Positions 7,313 through 15,014 of a stretch of 42,799 nt of DNA are shown in pieces; positions within the stretch are counted from its first letter, which is position 1, and every line of letters starts with the position of its first letter. The translations under genes and the position numbers were made by a program. The notes beneath the pieces were generated by a model that was not told where the DNA came from, ran no database searches, and saw only the letters and a list, made by a program, of their open reading frames with translations. The DNA is from Bacilli bacterium (lineage in GTDB: Bacteria; Bacillota_I; Bacilli_A; RFN20; CAG-826), in assembly GCA_034176765.1 (NCBI GenBank), contig JAXFTN010000141.1, forward strand, positions 1 to 42,799. Reading direction: 5' to 3'.

Positions 7313-7342
7313 CAAAATTGTAAACACTTTTTTCAATTTTGT
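7312..7342. promoter_or_regulatory. 9-bp perfect inverted repeat abutting the -35 box (candidate XRE operator or weak ansA terminator)
   Basis: ACAAAATTG (7312-7320) and CAATTTTGT (7334-7342) are separated by 13 nt. No U-tract follows on the minus strand. Confidence 0.4.
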
Positions 7343-7359
7343 GATATTTTTTATAATTT

Positions 7360-8358
7360 TTATAGGTTGATATCGTTATTTATTTTGGTATAAAGCAATT
7401 TTTTAATTAAATTTTTATCATTAGTTTGCCCTAAAACCCACATTACTTTACAAACTAAACTTTCAAGAGTCATGTCATATGCTTCAAGAACTTCATATTT
7501 ATCTTTAATTTTCTTACCGACTTTATATAATCCCAAATTACTACCTTCATAAGGAACTTGTGTTGTTATTATTAAAGTTTTATTTGACAAAATAAATCTT
7601 TCTAAAGCATCAGAAAATTGTTGTTCATCATACATTGGTATTCCACCAACACCAAATGATTCAATTATACATGCATCATAATGTTCGCTCACATAATCAA
7701 ATATATCTAAGCTCATACCAGGAATTAGTTTAAGTACAAAAACTTTAGGATTCATTGAATCATAGAATTTAACTCCTTTATTAACATCGATATTAACTTC
7801 AATGTATTCAATTACTTTACCATCTTGAATATTTGCAATTGCAGGATAATTAATACTAGTAAATGCATTATATGATTTTGTTCTATTTTTCTTAGCACGA
7901 GTACCAAGTATAACTTTACCATCAAAAACAATAGTAACCCCATGGCCTGTTGGATGACTAGCATAAATAAAGGCATCAAATAAATTGCTACGTGCATCGC
8001 TATCTTTCATAAAAATAGATTTTTGTGATCCAGTTAAGACTATTGGTTTAATTGAATTTTGAATTAAATAAGATAATGCTGAAGCTGTAAAAGCCATAGT
8101 ATCAGTACCATGAGTGATTACAAATCCATCATATTTATCATAATTTTCTTTAATAGTTTCAACCATTTTTAACCAATGTACATAGTTGATATTTGTACTA
8201 TCAAAATTAAAAAGTTCAATAGTGTCAATATTACATACATTAGATAAATCATCTAAATATGATAATAATTCTTTACTATTGATTTTAGGCATAAAGCCAT
8301 CGATTGTAGGTTTAGAAGCTATTGTTCCACCTGTTGTAATAAGTAATATATTTTTCAT
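7360..8358 (-). CDS. ansA: L-asparaginase, type I
   Basis: ILLITTGGTIAS and ITHGTDTMAFTASALSYL signature blocks. 332 aa length is typical. Confidence 0.9.
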   Translation of the reverse strand: MKNILLITTGGTIASKPTIDGFMPKINSKELLSYLDDLSNVCNIDTIELFNFDSTNINYVHWLKMVETIKENYDKYDGFVITHGTDTMAFTASALSYLIQNSIKPIVLTGSQKSIFMKDSDARSNLFDAFIYASHPTGHGVTIVFDGKVILGTRAKKNRTKSYNAFTSINYPAIANIQDGKVIEYIEVNIDVNKGVKFYDSMNPKVFVLKLIPGMSLDIFDYVSEHYDACIIESFGVGGIPMYDEQQFSDALERFILSNKTLIITTQVPYEGSNLGLYKVGKKIKDKYEVLEAYDMTLESLVCKVMWVLGQTNDKNLIKKLLYTKINNDINL

Positions 8359-8443
8359 AAAAGTACCTTCATTTTTAATTTATCACAACACTAATATAAA
8401 CAAAAGATAATTATAATATTCCCATGAAAAAATTGCAGTTTTT

Positions 8444-8488
8444 AAATGTACTCCTTTCCTGTTTTTCTCTAGAATTAGGAGTACATTT
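8444..8488. repeat. 12-bp perfect inverted repeat with 21-nt loop in the bioY-ansA intergenic region
   Basis: AAATGTACTCCT (8444-8455) pairs with AGGAGTACATTT (8477-8488). No adjacent U-tract on either strand. Confidence 0.5.
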
Positions 8489-8596
8489 CATACTTGAATC
8501 TCTTTTTTATTATTTGATTAATATTATTAATCTTAAAACTTCTATGTATATTTCAAATAATCTAAATAAATAATTATATAAAATAAAAATAGAATA

Positions 8597-8623
8597 CTAC
8601 TGATCACCTTTTTACATCAGTAG
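8597..8623 (-). terminator. Probable rho-independent terminator of bioY
   Basis: CTACTGAT/ATCAGTAG 8-bp stem with an 11-nt loop, followed on the minus strand by TATTCTATTTTTATTTT. Confidence 0.5.
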
Positions 8624-8666
8624 CATAAATATTTATTTTTAATTAATATTCATATATCTAAAAATT

Positions 8667-9206
8667 TCATTTATAAAGAACTGGTTTTAACCTTTTACCA
8701 ATTACAGTTACTAAATATATTTTTAAAGCATCTATTAAAACAAAAGGAACAACGCAAGACATTAAAATTTTTCCAAAAGTTATAGATGTGCCTCTAGAAA
8801 CATAAACAATATAGAACCATAAAGTACCTACAATATAAATAGCAAGTGTTCCAATGAGCATTAAAAAAATGTAATGAATCTTTTTAATTTCAAAGATTTT
8901 TTCAAATATCCAATAAATAATCCCAGCAAATATAAATCCAACAATAAATCCACCAGTTGGACCTAAAATATATGCTAATCCTCCATTAAATGAAGCAAAA
9001 ACAGGAAGCCCTAAAGCGCCTAATAAAACATATAATATAATTGACAAAGTTCCTCTTTTACCACCAAGAACCATTAAAGTTAAAAATACACCGAATGTCT
9101 GAAGAGTAAATGGGACAACAAAAGGTACTGAAATCCACGAACAAATGCATATTACAGCAGCAAATAATCCAATATAACAAATATCTTTAACTCTATCATG
9201 TTCCAT
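8667..9206 (-). CDS. bioY: Biotin transporter S-component BioY
   Basis: Six hydrophobic helices. GGKRGTLSIILYVLLGALGLPVFA and GPTGGFIVGFIFAG are typical BioY blocks. Confidence 0.85.
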   Translation of the reverse strand: MEHDRVKDICYIGLFAAVICICSWISVPFVVPFTLQTFGVFLTLMVLGGKRGTLSIILYVLLGALGLPVFASFNGGLAYILGPTGGFIVGFIFAGIIYWIFEKIFEIKKIHYIFLMLIGTLAIYIVGTLWFYIVYVSRGTSITFGKILMSCVVPFVLIDALKIYLVTVIGKRLKPVLYK

Positions 9207-9225
9207 AAAATCAACCTATCTTTCC

Positions 9226-9252
9226 AAAAATAAAAGCCTGATTAAACAGGCT
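9226..9252 (-). terminator. Short hairpin plus U-tract after tRNA-Ser(GCU)
   Basis: AGCCTG/CAGGCT 6-bp stem with a 6-nt loop, followed on the minus strand by TTTTATTTTT. Confidence 0.45.
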
Positions 9253-9263
9253 GTTTTGCGCGA

Positions 9264-9354
9264 TGGCGGAGCAAGAGAGACTCGAACTCTCGCACCAGTT
9301 ACCCGATCTACTTCCTTAGCAGGGAAGCCCCTTCACCAACTTGGGTATTGCTCC
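9264..9354 (-). tRNA. tRNA-Ser (anticodon GCU), encoded CCA
   Basis: The reverse complement reads GGAGCAATACCCAAGTTGGTGAAGGGGCTTCCCTGCTAAGGAAG...GGTGCGAGAGTTCGAGTCTCTCTTGCTCCGCCA. 7-bp acceptor stem, CTTCC/GGAAG anticodon stem with loop CTGCTAA, long variable arm, GTTCGAGTC T-loop. Confidence 0.9.
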
Positions 9355-9365
9355 AATGCTTTATT

Positions 9366-9394
9366 ATATTAGCAAAATTTAACCATCATTTCAA
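9366..9394 (-). promoter_or_regulatory. Sigma-A-like promoter for tRNA-Ser(GCU)
   Basis: Minus strand: TTGAAA (9394-9389), a 17-nt spacer, TAATAT (9371-9366), about 12 nt upstream of the tRNA 5' end. Confidence 0.5.
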
Positions 9395-9471
9395 TATAAA
9401 ATTATATAAATGGCCAATTTTGCAATTAATTAAGCATATTACATGTGTATTCCAAATAAAGCATTATATTT

Positions 9472-9516
9472 ATAAAAAAACTTTATATTGAAAGATAAAC
9501 GATCAATATAAAGTTT
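9472..9516 (-). terminator. Rho-independent terminator of proS
   Basis: AAACTTTATATTGA (9478-9491) pairs with TCAATATAAAGTTT (9503-9516). A run of Ts follows on the minus strand. Confidence 0.7.
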
Positions 9517-9526
9517 ATTCAAAAAT

Positions 9527-10963
9527 CTAATAAGCCTTAGCAAATAGACAGACATATTTTGCTTCTTTACCACAGATAGCACATTTATCACTATGAGCTT
9601 GTTGAGTAAATGGCATACATCTTGATGTTGCTTGGAACTCTTCTTTTATAACGTTTTCACATTCGACGTTCCCACACCACATCATTTTTGCATAGCCACC
9701 TTTAGTGTTAACAACTTCTCCCAATTCTTCTTTTGTATAAACTGTAGTAGTGTGTTCATCTAAATAAGCTTGTGCTTTATTTAACATTTCACCGTGAATT
9801 ATTTCAAGTGTAGACAATACTTTGTCTTCTAATTCATCTAGAGAAATAACACATTTTGTTCCATCATTACGTTTAGCAAGTACGCAATTATTATTCTCAA
9901 TATCACGTGGTCCTAATTCAATTCTTAAAGGAATACCTTTCATTTCATGTTCATGGAATTTCCAACCAGGTGAAGCATTTGTATCATCAACAATTACACG
10001 AACACCTTTTTTAAGTAATCGTTCTTTTAGTTCATTTGCTTTTTGTAAAACACCATCTTTTTGTTGTTGAATAGGAATAATAACTACTTGATTAGGAGCT
10101 ACTCTAGGTGGTAATACTAAACCATTATCATCTCCGTGTACCATAATAATTGCACCAAGTAAACGTGTAGAAACGCCCCATGAAGTTTGATTTACATAAG
10201 AAATTTTACCATCTTTATCTTGAAATTTAATTCCAAATGCTTTTGCAAATCCATCTCCGAAGAAATGAGTTGTTCCACTTTGTAAAGCTTTGCCATCAGG
10301 CATTAGAGCTTCTATTGTATATGTTGATTCAGCACCTGCAAATTTTTCTTTATCAGTTTTCTTTCCTGTAACAAAAGGAATAGCTAATAAATTACGTCCC
10401 ATTTCATTATAAATATCTAACATTTTCAATGTTTCTTCCATTGCTTCTTCTTTCGATGCGTGAATTGTATGACCTTCTTGCCATAAGAATTCACTACCTC
10501 TTAAGAATGGTCGAGTTGTTTTTTCCCAACGAACAACAGAACACCATTGATTATATTTTTTAGGTAAATCTCTATATGAATTAACAATTTTAGCAAAGTG
10601 TTCGCAAAATAAAGTTTCAGAAGTTGGTCTAACAATAAGACGGTCTTCTAATTCATCTTTACCTCCAACTGTAATAATTGCACATTCTGGAGCAAATCCT
10701 TCAACGTGATCTTTTTCTTTTTGGAATAAAGATTCAGGAATAACCATTGGCATATACACATTTTGATGTCCTGTTTCTTTAAATTTATTGTCTAGATAAT
10801 GTTGAATTTGTTCCCAAATAGCATATCCGTAAGGTCTATAAATAATAAAACCTTTAACAGATGAATAGTCCATTAATTCTGCCTTACGACATACATCTGT
10901 ATACCATTGAGCAAAATCTTCTTTTTGTGATGTAATAGCATCATTTTTAATATCAATTGCCAT
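9527..10963 (-). CDS. proS: Prolyl-tRNA synthetase, archaeal/eukaryotic-like short form with C-terminal zinc-binding domain
   Basis: Class II motifs ([26 protein letters not shown]) and no large INS editing insertion. C-terminal Cys cluster CGNVECE...[18 protein letters not shown]. Confidence 0.9.
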   Translation of the reverse strand: MAIDIKNDAITSQKEDFAQWYTDVCRKAELMDYSSVKGFIIYRPYGYAIWEQIQHYLDNKFKETGHQNVYMPMVIPESLFQKEKDHVEGFAPECAIITVGGKDELEDRLIVRPTSETLFCEHFAKIVNSYRDLPKKYNQWCSVVRWEKTTRPFLRGSEFLWQEGHTIHASKEEAMEETLKMLDIYNEMGRNLLAIPFVTGKKTDKEKFAGAESTYTIEALMPDGKALQSGTTHFFGDGFAKAFGIKFQDKDGKISYVNQTSWGVSTRLLGAIIMVHGDDNGLVLPPRVAPNQVVIIPIQQQKDGVLQKANELKERLLKKGVRVIVDDTNASPGWKFHEHEMKGIPLRIELGPRDIENNNCVLAKRNDGTKCVISLDELEDKVLSTLEIIHGEMLNKAQAYLDEHTTTVYTKEELGEVVNTKGGYAKMMWCGNVECENVIKEEFQATSRCMPFTQQAHSDKCAICGKEAKYVCLFAKAY

Positions 10964-10982
10964 ATAAATACCTTTCTTTCTT

Positions 10983-12728
10983 TTATTTCTTAATTAAATT
11001 ATTAATTTTTGATAAATTTGGTGGAATAATAATCTCACGCGGTTCACCAAATAATTTACCACCAACTATACGAATATTGTTTTCATATATAACTTTAAAA
11101 TCTGATTTTGTATCAACACCAACTGAAATAATTGGCTTATTATAAATTTCTAATTTATTTAAAATAGCTCTAAATGAACTTGAAGTCTCAACAGCTTCTC
11201 GTGAAACATTAATGTGCTTAGTAAACAAGAAATAATCAAATAATTGATATAATTCCCTAGTCCAAGGAAAATCACGGTCTTTAATACGTAAACATAATTC
11301 GTAGTTTTTAGTTTTGAAAACTTCTAATAGTTTAAAAGCTCTATCAATATCTTTTTCAACAATTTCGTTGAGTACTGATTCACTTATAACGAAAACTAAA
11401 TTACATTCATCTAAATGCTTTACTTCACTTAGTGTATTAAATATTGAATCAATATCAAATTTTGATAGTTGTATGAACAACTTTTGAGGACATTTACCTT
11501 TTCTATTTTGAAAAACCTTTACAAAAGTTGAATAATAAATACCAATTAATCTTTTGACGACAACATTAGATAACTCATTAACCAAGCCATGTTCATGAGC
11601 AGCTTCAAACATGTCATTTAAACTTTTAAATTTTGTTGAATAAGCAACTGTTTTTGTATAAAAGCCAAATAAAGAACAAGTGTCAGCATCAATTAGTGGT
11701 AAATACAAAGATTCAATTTTCTTTTCTCTATTATTACCTTCAATCAGTTGAAGAAGTTCGTGTTTTTCAACTAATGATTTTTCAATCGAGTCATCATTAA
11801 CTTTGTTATACCATTCAACTTTGTTATTATTTTCATTATGAAAATAAGTTAAATTTTTAATTTCTTCTAAACAGTCAATAGGATCTTTAAAAAATTCATT
11901 TTGGGCTACACCAATGAAAAAATCAAATACAGATGAATAACCAGATAATTCAAGACGAGCCTGTAATTTCCTACTAAGATTATTTAAAATAGTTTTGTAT
12001 TCTTCTAATGATTCATCGGTATAATCAATTATTCCAAAACCATTTTTGTCATCTTCTCCAAGATTCAATCTTTGTCTTAAGTTTGATTCTCCTGTAAAAG
12101 CAATACAAATAGTCTTTAAATCATTAATTATAATATTAGCTTTTTCTTGTATAACTTCTCTATCTAAAGGAAAAATTCTAATATATATCATATAGCCATC
12201 AGCTCTATGTTTTCTTAAATATGCAGTACCAATAGAAATACCACTACTATTATTAACAAAATGTGACATACCTTTTGAATAAGAAATTGGATAACCCACT
12301 AAATGAAGAATTGAGTTTGAAGATTTCATTTCTTCAACAAAATAAAAAGAAATGAATTCATCTTCTCCTACTAAAATATCAATTTCAGAATTAAGTGATT
12401 TATTAATCCCATTATTTAAATCAGATAAATAAATCTTAAACATTCCCAATTTACGCGGGTCTGGAATTTTTTTATAGAAATCTTTAAAAGAGTATTTTTC
12501 AATTTTACTAGCGTTATATCTTTTAAAATAAGTTACTTGTTTTTTATTAAAATCAAAAATAAATTCATAAATGTTTTTGTTACGTTTATTAATTTCATTT
12601 GCACGAGTTTTATTTAAGAAAAAAGAATGAATTACGCCTAAAATGCAAGCAATGCAAAAAAAGCCAATAACTACAATAGAAATTGTCGTTAAAATATCGC
12701 TAACATCCATTGAAAACACTGTAAGCAT
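10983..12728 (-). CDS. Membrane-anchored protein with degenerate GGDEF-like and EAL-like domains
   Basis: N-terminal TM helix. [14 protein letters not shown] sits where RxGGDEF is expected. EAL-like blocks have substituted catalytic positions: [21 protein letters not shown] (YTK in place of EAL), [16 protein letters not shown] (in place of DDFGTG), [12 protein letters not shown]...VGGKLFGEP (in place of AEGVET...QG). Confidence 0.55.
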   Translation of the reverse strand: MLTVFSMDVSDILTTISIVVIGFFCIACILGVIHSFFLNKTRANEINKRNKNIYEFIFDFNKKQVTYFKRYNASKIEKYSFKDFYKKIPDPRKLGMFKIYLSDLNNGINKSLNSEIDILVGEDEFISFYFVEEMKSSNSILHLVGYPISYSKGMSHFVNNSSGISIGTAYLRKHRADGYMIYIRIFPLDREVIQEKANIIINDLKTICIAFTGESNLRQRLNLGEDDKNGFGIIDYTDESLEEYKTILNNLSRKLQARLELSGYSSVFDFFIGVAQNEFFKDPIDCLEEIKNLTYFHNENNNKVEWYNKVNDDSIEKSLVEKHELLQLIEGNNREKKIESLYLPLIDADTCSLFGFYTKTVAYSTKFKSLNDMFEAAHEHGLVNELSNVVVKRLIGIYYSTFVKVFQNRKGKCPQKLFIQLSKFDIDSIFNTLSEVKHLDECNLVFVISESVLNEIVEKDIDRAFKLLEVFKTKNYELCLRIKDRDFPWTRELYQLFDYFLFTKHINVSREAVETSSSFRAILNKLEIYNKPIISVGVDTKSDFKVIYENNIRIVGGKLFGEPREIIIPPNLSKINNLIKK

Positions 12729-12751
12729 ATTAATTCCTCTCTTTCTTGAAT

Positions 12752-12780
12752 ATTATATACTTATAATAAATAATAAACAA
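12752..12780 (-). promoter_or_regulatory. Candidate promoter for the GGDEF/EAL-like gene and proS
   Basis: Minus strand: TTGTTT (12780-12775), a 17-nt spacer, TATAAT (12757-12752). AGAGAGGAA SD before the ATG at 12728. Confidence 0.4.
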
Positions 12781-12818
12781 CAAAATAAAAAGATAAGAGC
12801 AATAAATATTGCTCTTAT
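12781..12818 (-). terminator. Rho-independent terminator of the SPFH/zinc-ribbon operon
   Basis: ATAAGAGCAAT (12793-12803) pairs with ATTGCTCTTAT (12808-12818) around a 4-nt loop. CTTTTTATTTTG follows on the minus strand. Confidence 0.75.
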
Positions 12819-12833
12819 TTCATCATCTTATTA

Positions 12834-13898
12834 TTATAATTTTTCTCCGCATTCACTACAGAATTTAGAGCCTTTTTTTACTTCTGCACCACAATTAGGA
12901 CAGAACTTTTTCTTTTCTACAATTTTTGCTCCACATTCACTGCAGAATTTTGATCCTTCTTTAACTTCTGCTTTACATTCAGGGCAAATAATGGAACCTT
13001 TAGCTTTTTCTTTAGAAGAACTTTGTTCTGAGACTTCTTCTTTCTTTGATAAGTTTTCAGCAAACATTTTTCCTAAAGCAACTCCTGCACCTAAACCAAT
13101 GCCTGCACCTGATAATCCACCTGGATTTTTTGCAGCATCACGCATTGCTTCAACACTTTGCATTTTTGCATAGTCATCAATGCTTCCCTTCATTACACCA
13201 ACTGAAGTTCTCTTATCCATCATTTTATTAACTTCTTCTGGTAAGACAATATTTTCAATATATAGTCCACATACATCAAGACCCAAAGATCCTAAATCAT
13301 CTTTTAATTTATCTTTTGCATTATCAGCAATTAATTCGTAGTTTGCAGCTAAATCTAATGCAGCTAATTTTAATTCACCAATAGATGTAGTTAAAATTGA
13401 TGACATAATGGATTTTAAATATGTATTAACGTCGCTTACACGTAAAATATCAGTTGAACCGAATAATTCAAACATTGCTTGAGAAGGTTCAGTTACTTTA
13501 AAAGAGAATTTACCTTCTGCTTCAATACGAACCATTCCAAAGTCTTTATCTCTTAACATTATAGGTCTTGGAGTTTTCCAAACATTATCCATGAATTGTT
13601 TTGTTTGAATAAAATAAATATCAGCAGTAAATGGACTTTCAAAAGCATATGTCCAACTATAAATAGCAGTTAAAATTGGTATATTTTTTACATCATCTAA
13701 ATCATATGTACCTGGTTCAAAAACATCAGCTAATTTACCTTTATTGATGAAAATAGCACGTTGACCTTCTCTAACTACTAATTTAGAATGCTTCATTATT
13801 TCAACTTTTTTTTCAAGAGGATATTTATAAACAATAACATCTCTTGGCACATCTTCCCATTGAATAACTTTTCTAAATTGATTTCTTAAAAATCCCAT
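12834..13898 (-). CDS. YdjI-like SPFH/Band-7 protein with two C-terminal zinc ribbons
   Basis: N-terminal VIQWEDV...VVREGQRAIFINKGKLADVF...FESPFTADIYFIQTKQF is typical of the SPFH 'virion core protein-like' family. Gly/Ala-rich hydrophobic linker. C-terminus CPECKAEVKEGSKFCSECG...FCPNCGAEVKKGSKFCSECG. Confidence 0.8.
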   Translation of the reverse strand: MGFLRNQFRKVIQWEDVPRDVIVYKYPLEKKVEIMKHSKLVVREGQRAIFINKGKLADVFEPGTYDLDDVKNIPILTAIYSWTYAFESPFTADIYFIQTKQFMDNVWKTPRPIMLRDKDFGMVRIEAEGKFSFKVTEPSQAMFELFGSTDILRVSDVNTYLKSIMSSILTTSIGELKLAALDLAANYELIADNAKDKLKDDLGSLGLDVCGLYIENIVLPEEVNKMMDKRTSVGVMKGSIDDYAKMQSVEAMRDAAKNPGGLSGAGIGLGAGVALGKMFAENLSKKEEVSEQSSSKEKAKGSIICPECKAEVKEGSKFCSECGAKIVEKKKFCPNCGAEVKKGSKFCSECGEKL

Positions 13899-13910
13899 AT
13901 TTTTTCCTCC

Positions 13911-15014
13911 TTAAAATATATTAGAAATATCGATTACATCAGTCCATATTAATACTAATATAATAATAGCAATAAATATAATTACAGTAAATACAATTCC
14001 AAGTACTTTTGCAACTGAAACAGGCGCTTCACCCTTTGCTTTTCCTGTAATACCATGAATTCGACATTGATAATTTTTGTTTTTATAAATATAGTTAATA
14101 AAATAAATTGGAACCAAAATGTATTTGTAGCAAGTATCATTAAAACTTGTATTCGCTTGATAAGAAATAACTGTATCTACACCTGTATACTTATTTATTA
14201 CGCCTCTTTTAATGCGAGCTTTCATAATATCAACTGCTTCATTCCACGAGTCTCCAATTGATTCAGAATATCTTTCACAAGAATATCCACTGATAAATTG
14301 ATCATGAAACGAAGATGCTTGATTAGTGTTAAAGCCACCTAGAGCATCATATTTATTTTGTTCAATATGACAACTTGATTCAATATTAATATCATCAAAA
14401 TTCATATTAATAATTCCACTACCACTATGAGTGGTCATATATGTTTCAGTGTGTCTATTTTTTCCTGTTCCTACCGTACGTGTATGATATGTTCCATATG
14501 TTAATTTATAAGAACTAACTGTTTTACTATCAAAAGTAAATGTAGGGATATAAACACCATCAATTTTTCGTTCTCGAGCTGTTTTCTTAAAAGATTTAGG
14601 TGCCATATTTTTACTTTTAACCCATTTCAAAAAAATATTTTTAGCTTCTTTGTAACCTATCTCAAAAGGAATAATACCTGAAGGTCTAATTCCTGGAATC
14701 TCTCCTCTTTCTAAAATATGAACTCGGCCACAAAATGGACAACTTGTTGATGTTTCATTATTACTTAAAACAAATTCCGCACCACAATCTTCACATTGAA
14801 CACATTTAGTCCCCGTCCACATACATGATTTACTTATAACATCATTTGTAAAAGGAGTCTCCTTAGCAAGCTGAGTTTGTACTAAAGGCATTGTTGAATC
14901 ACAATGAGGACATCTCATAACTCCATCATCAGCATCGTAGATAAAAGAAGATCCACAGTTTTCACAAAAATAAGATTTAGAGGTATAAACTTTATTAGTT
15001 CCCTTTTCGTCCAT
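13911..15014 (-). CDS. YdjG-like double zinc-ribbon protein with C-terminal transmembrane anchor
   Basis: Two ribbons, CENCGSSF...CPHCDS and CEDCGAEF...CPFCGR. C-terminal TM VLGIVFTVIIFIAIIILVLIW. GGAGG SD. The ATG overlaps the upstream stop (TAATG). Position between SPFH genes recalls B. subtilis ydjG. Confidence 0.65.
   Translation of the reverse strand: MDEKGTNKVYTSKSYFCENCGSSFIYDADDGVMRCPHCDSTMPLVQTQLAKETPFTNDVISKSCMWTGTKCVQCEDCGAEFVLSNNETSTSCPFCGRVHILERGEIPGIRPSGIIPFEIGYKEAKNIFLKWVKSKNMAPKSFKKTARERKIDGVYIPTFTFDSKTVSSYKLTYGTYHTRTVGTGKNRHTETYMTTHSGSGIINMNFDDINIESSCHIEQNKYDALGGFNTNQASSFHDQFISGYSCERYSESIGDSWNEAVDIMKARIKRGVINKYTGVDTVISYQANTSFNDTCYKYILVPIYFINYIYKNKNYQCRIHGITGKAKGEAPVSVAKVLGIVFTVIIFIAIIILVLIWTDVIDISNIF

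Noticed and set aside
8425-8574. Possible ~49-codon plus-strand ORF (MKKLQFLNVLL...) in the bioY-ansA spacer
   Set aside because: No SD. It runs through the 12-bp inverted repeat and has AT-bias composition. Treated as non-coding.
9207-9263. BirA operator or other riboswitch upstream of bioY
   Set aside because: The region is only 57 nt, occupied by the tRNA terminator hairpin. No palindrome resembling a BirA site.
12643-13173. 176-aa plus-strand ORF with striking internal repeats (APHSLQNF..., PQLGQNFFF)
   Set aside because: It is the antisense shadow of the tandem zinc-ribbon repeats at the 3' end of the minus-strand SPFH gene, and it spans a terminator and promoter. There is no SD. The repeats are explained by the sense-strand CxxC units.
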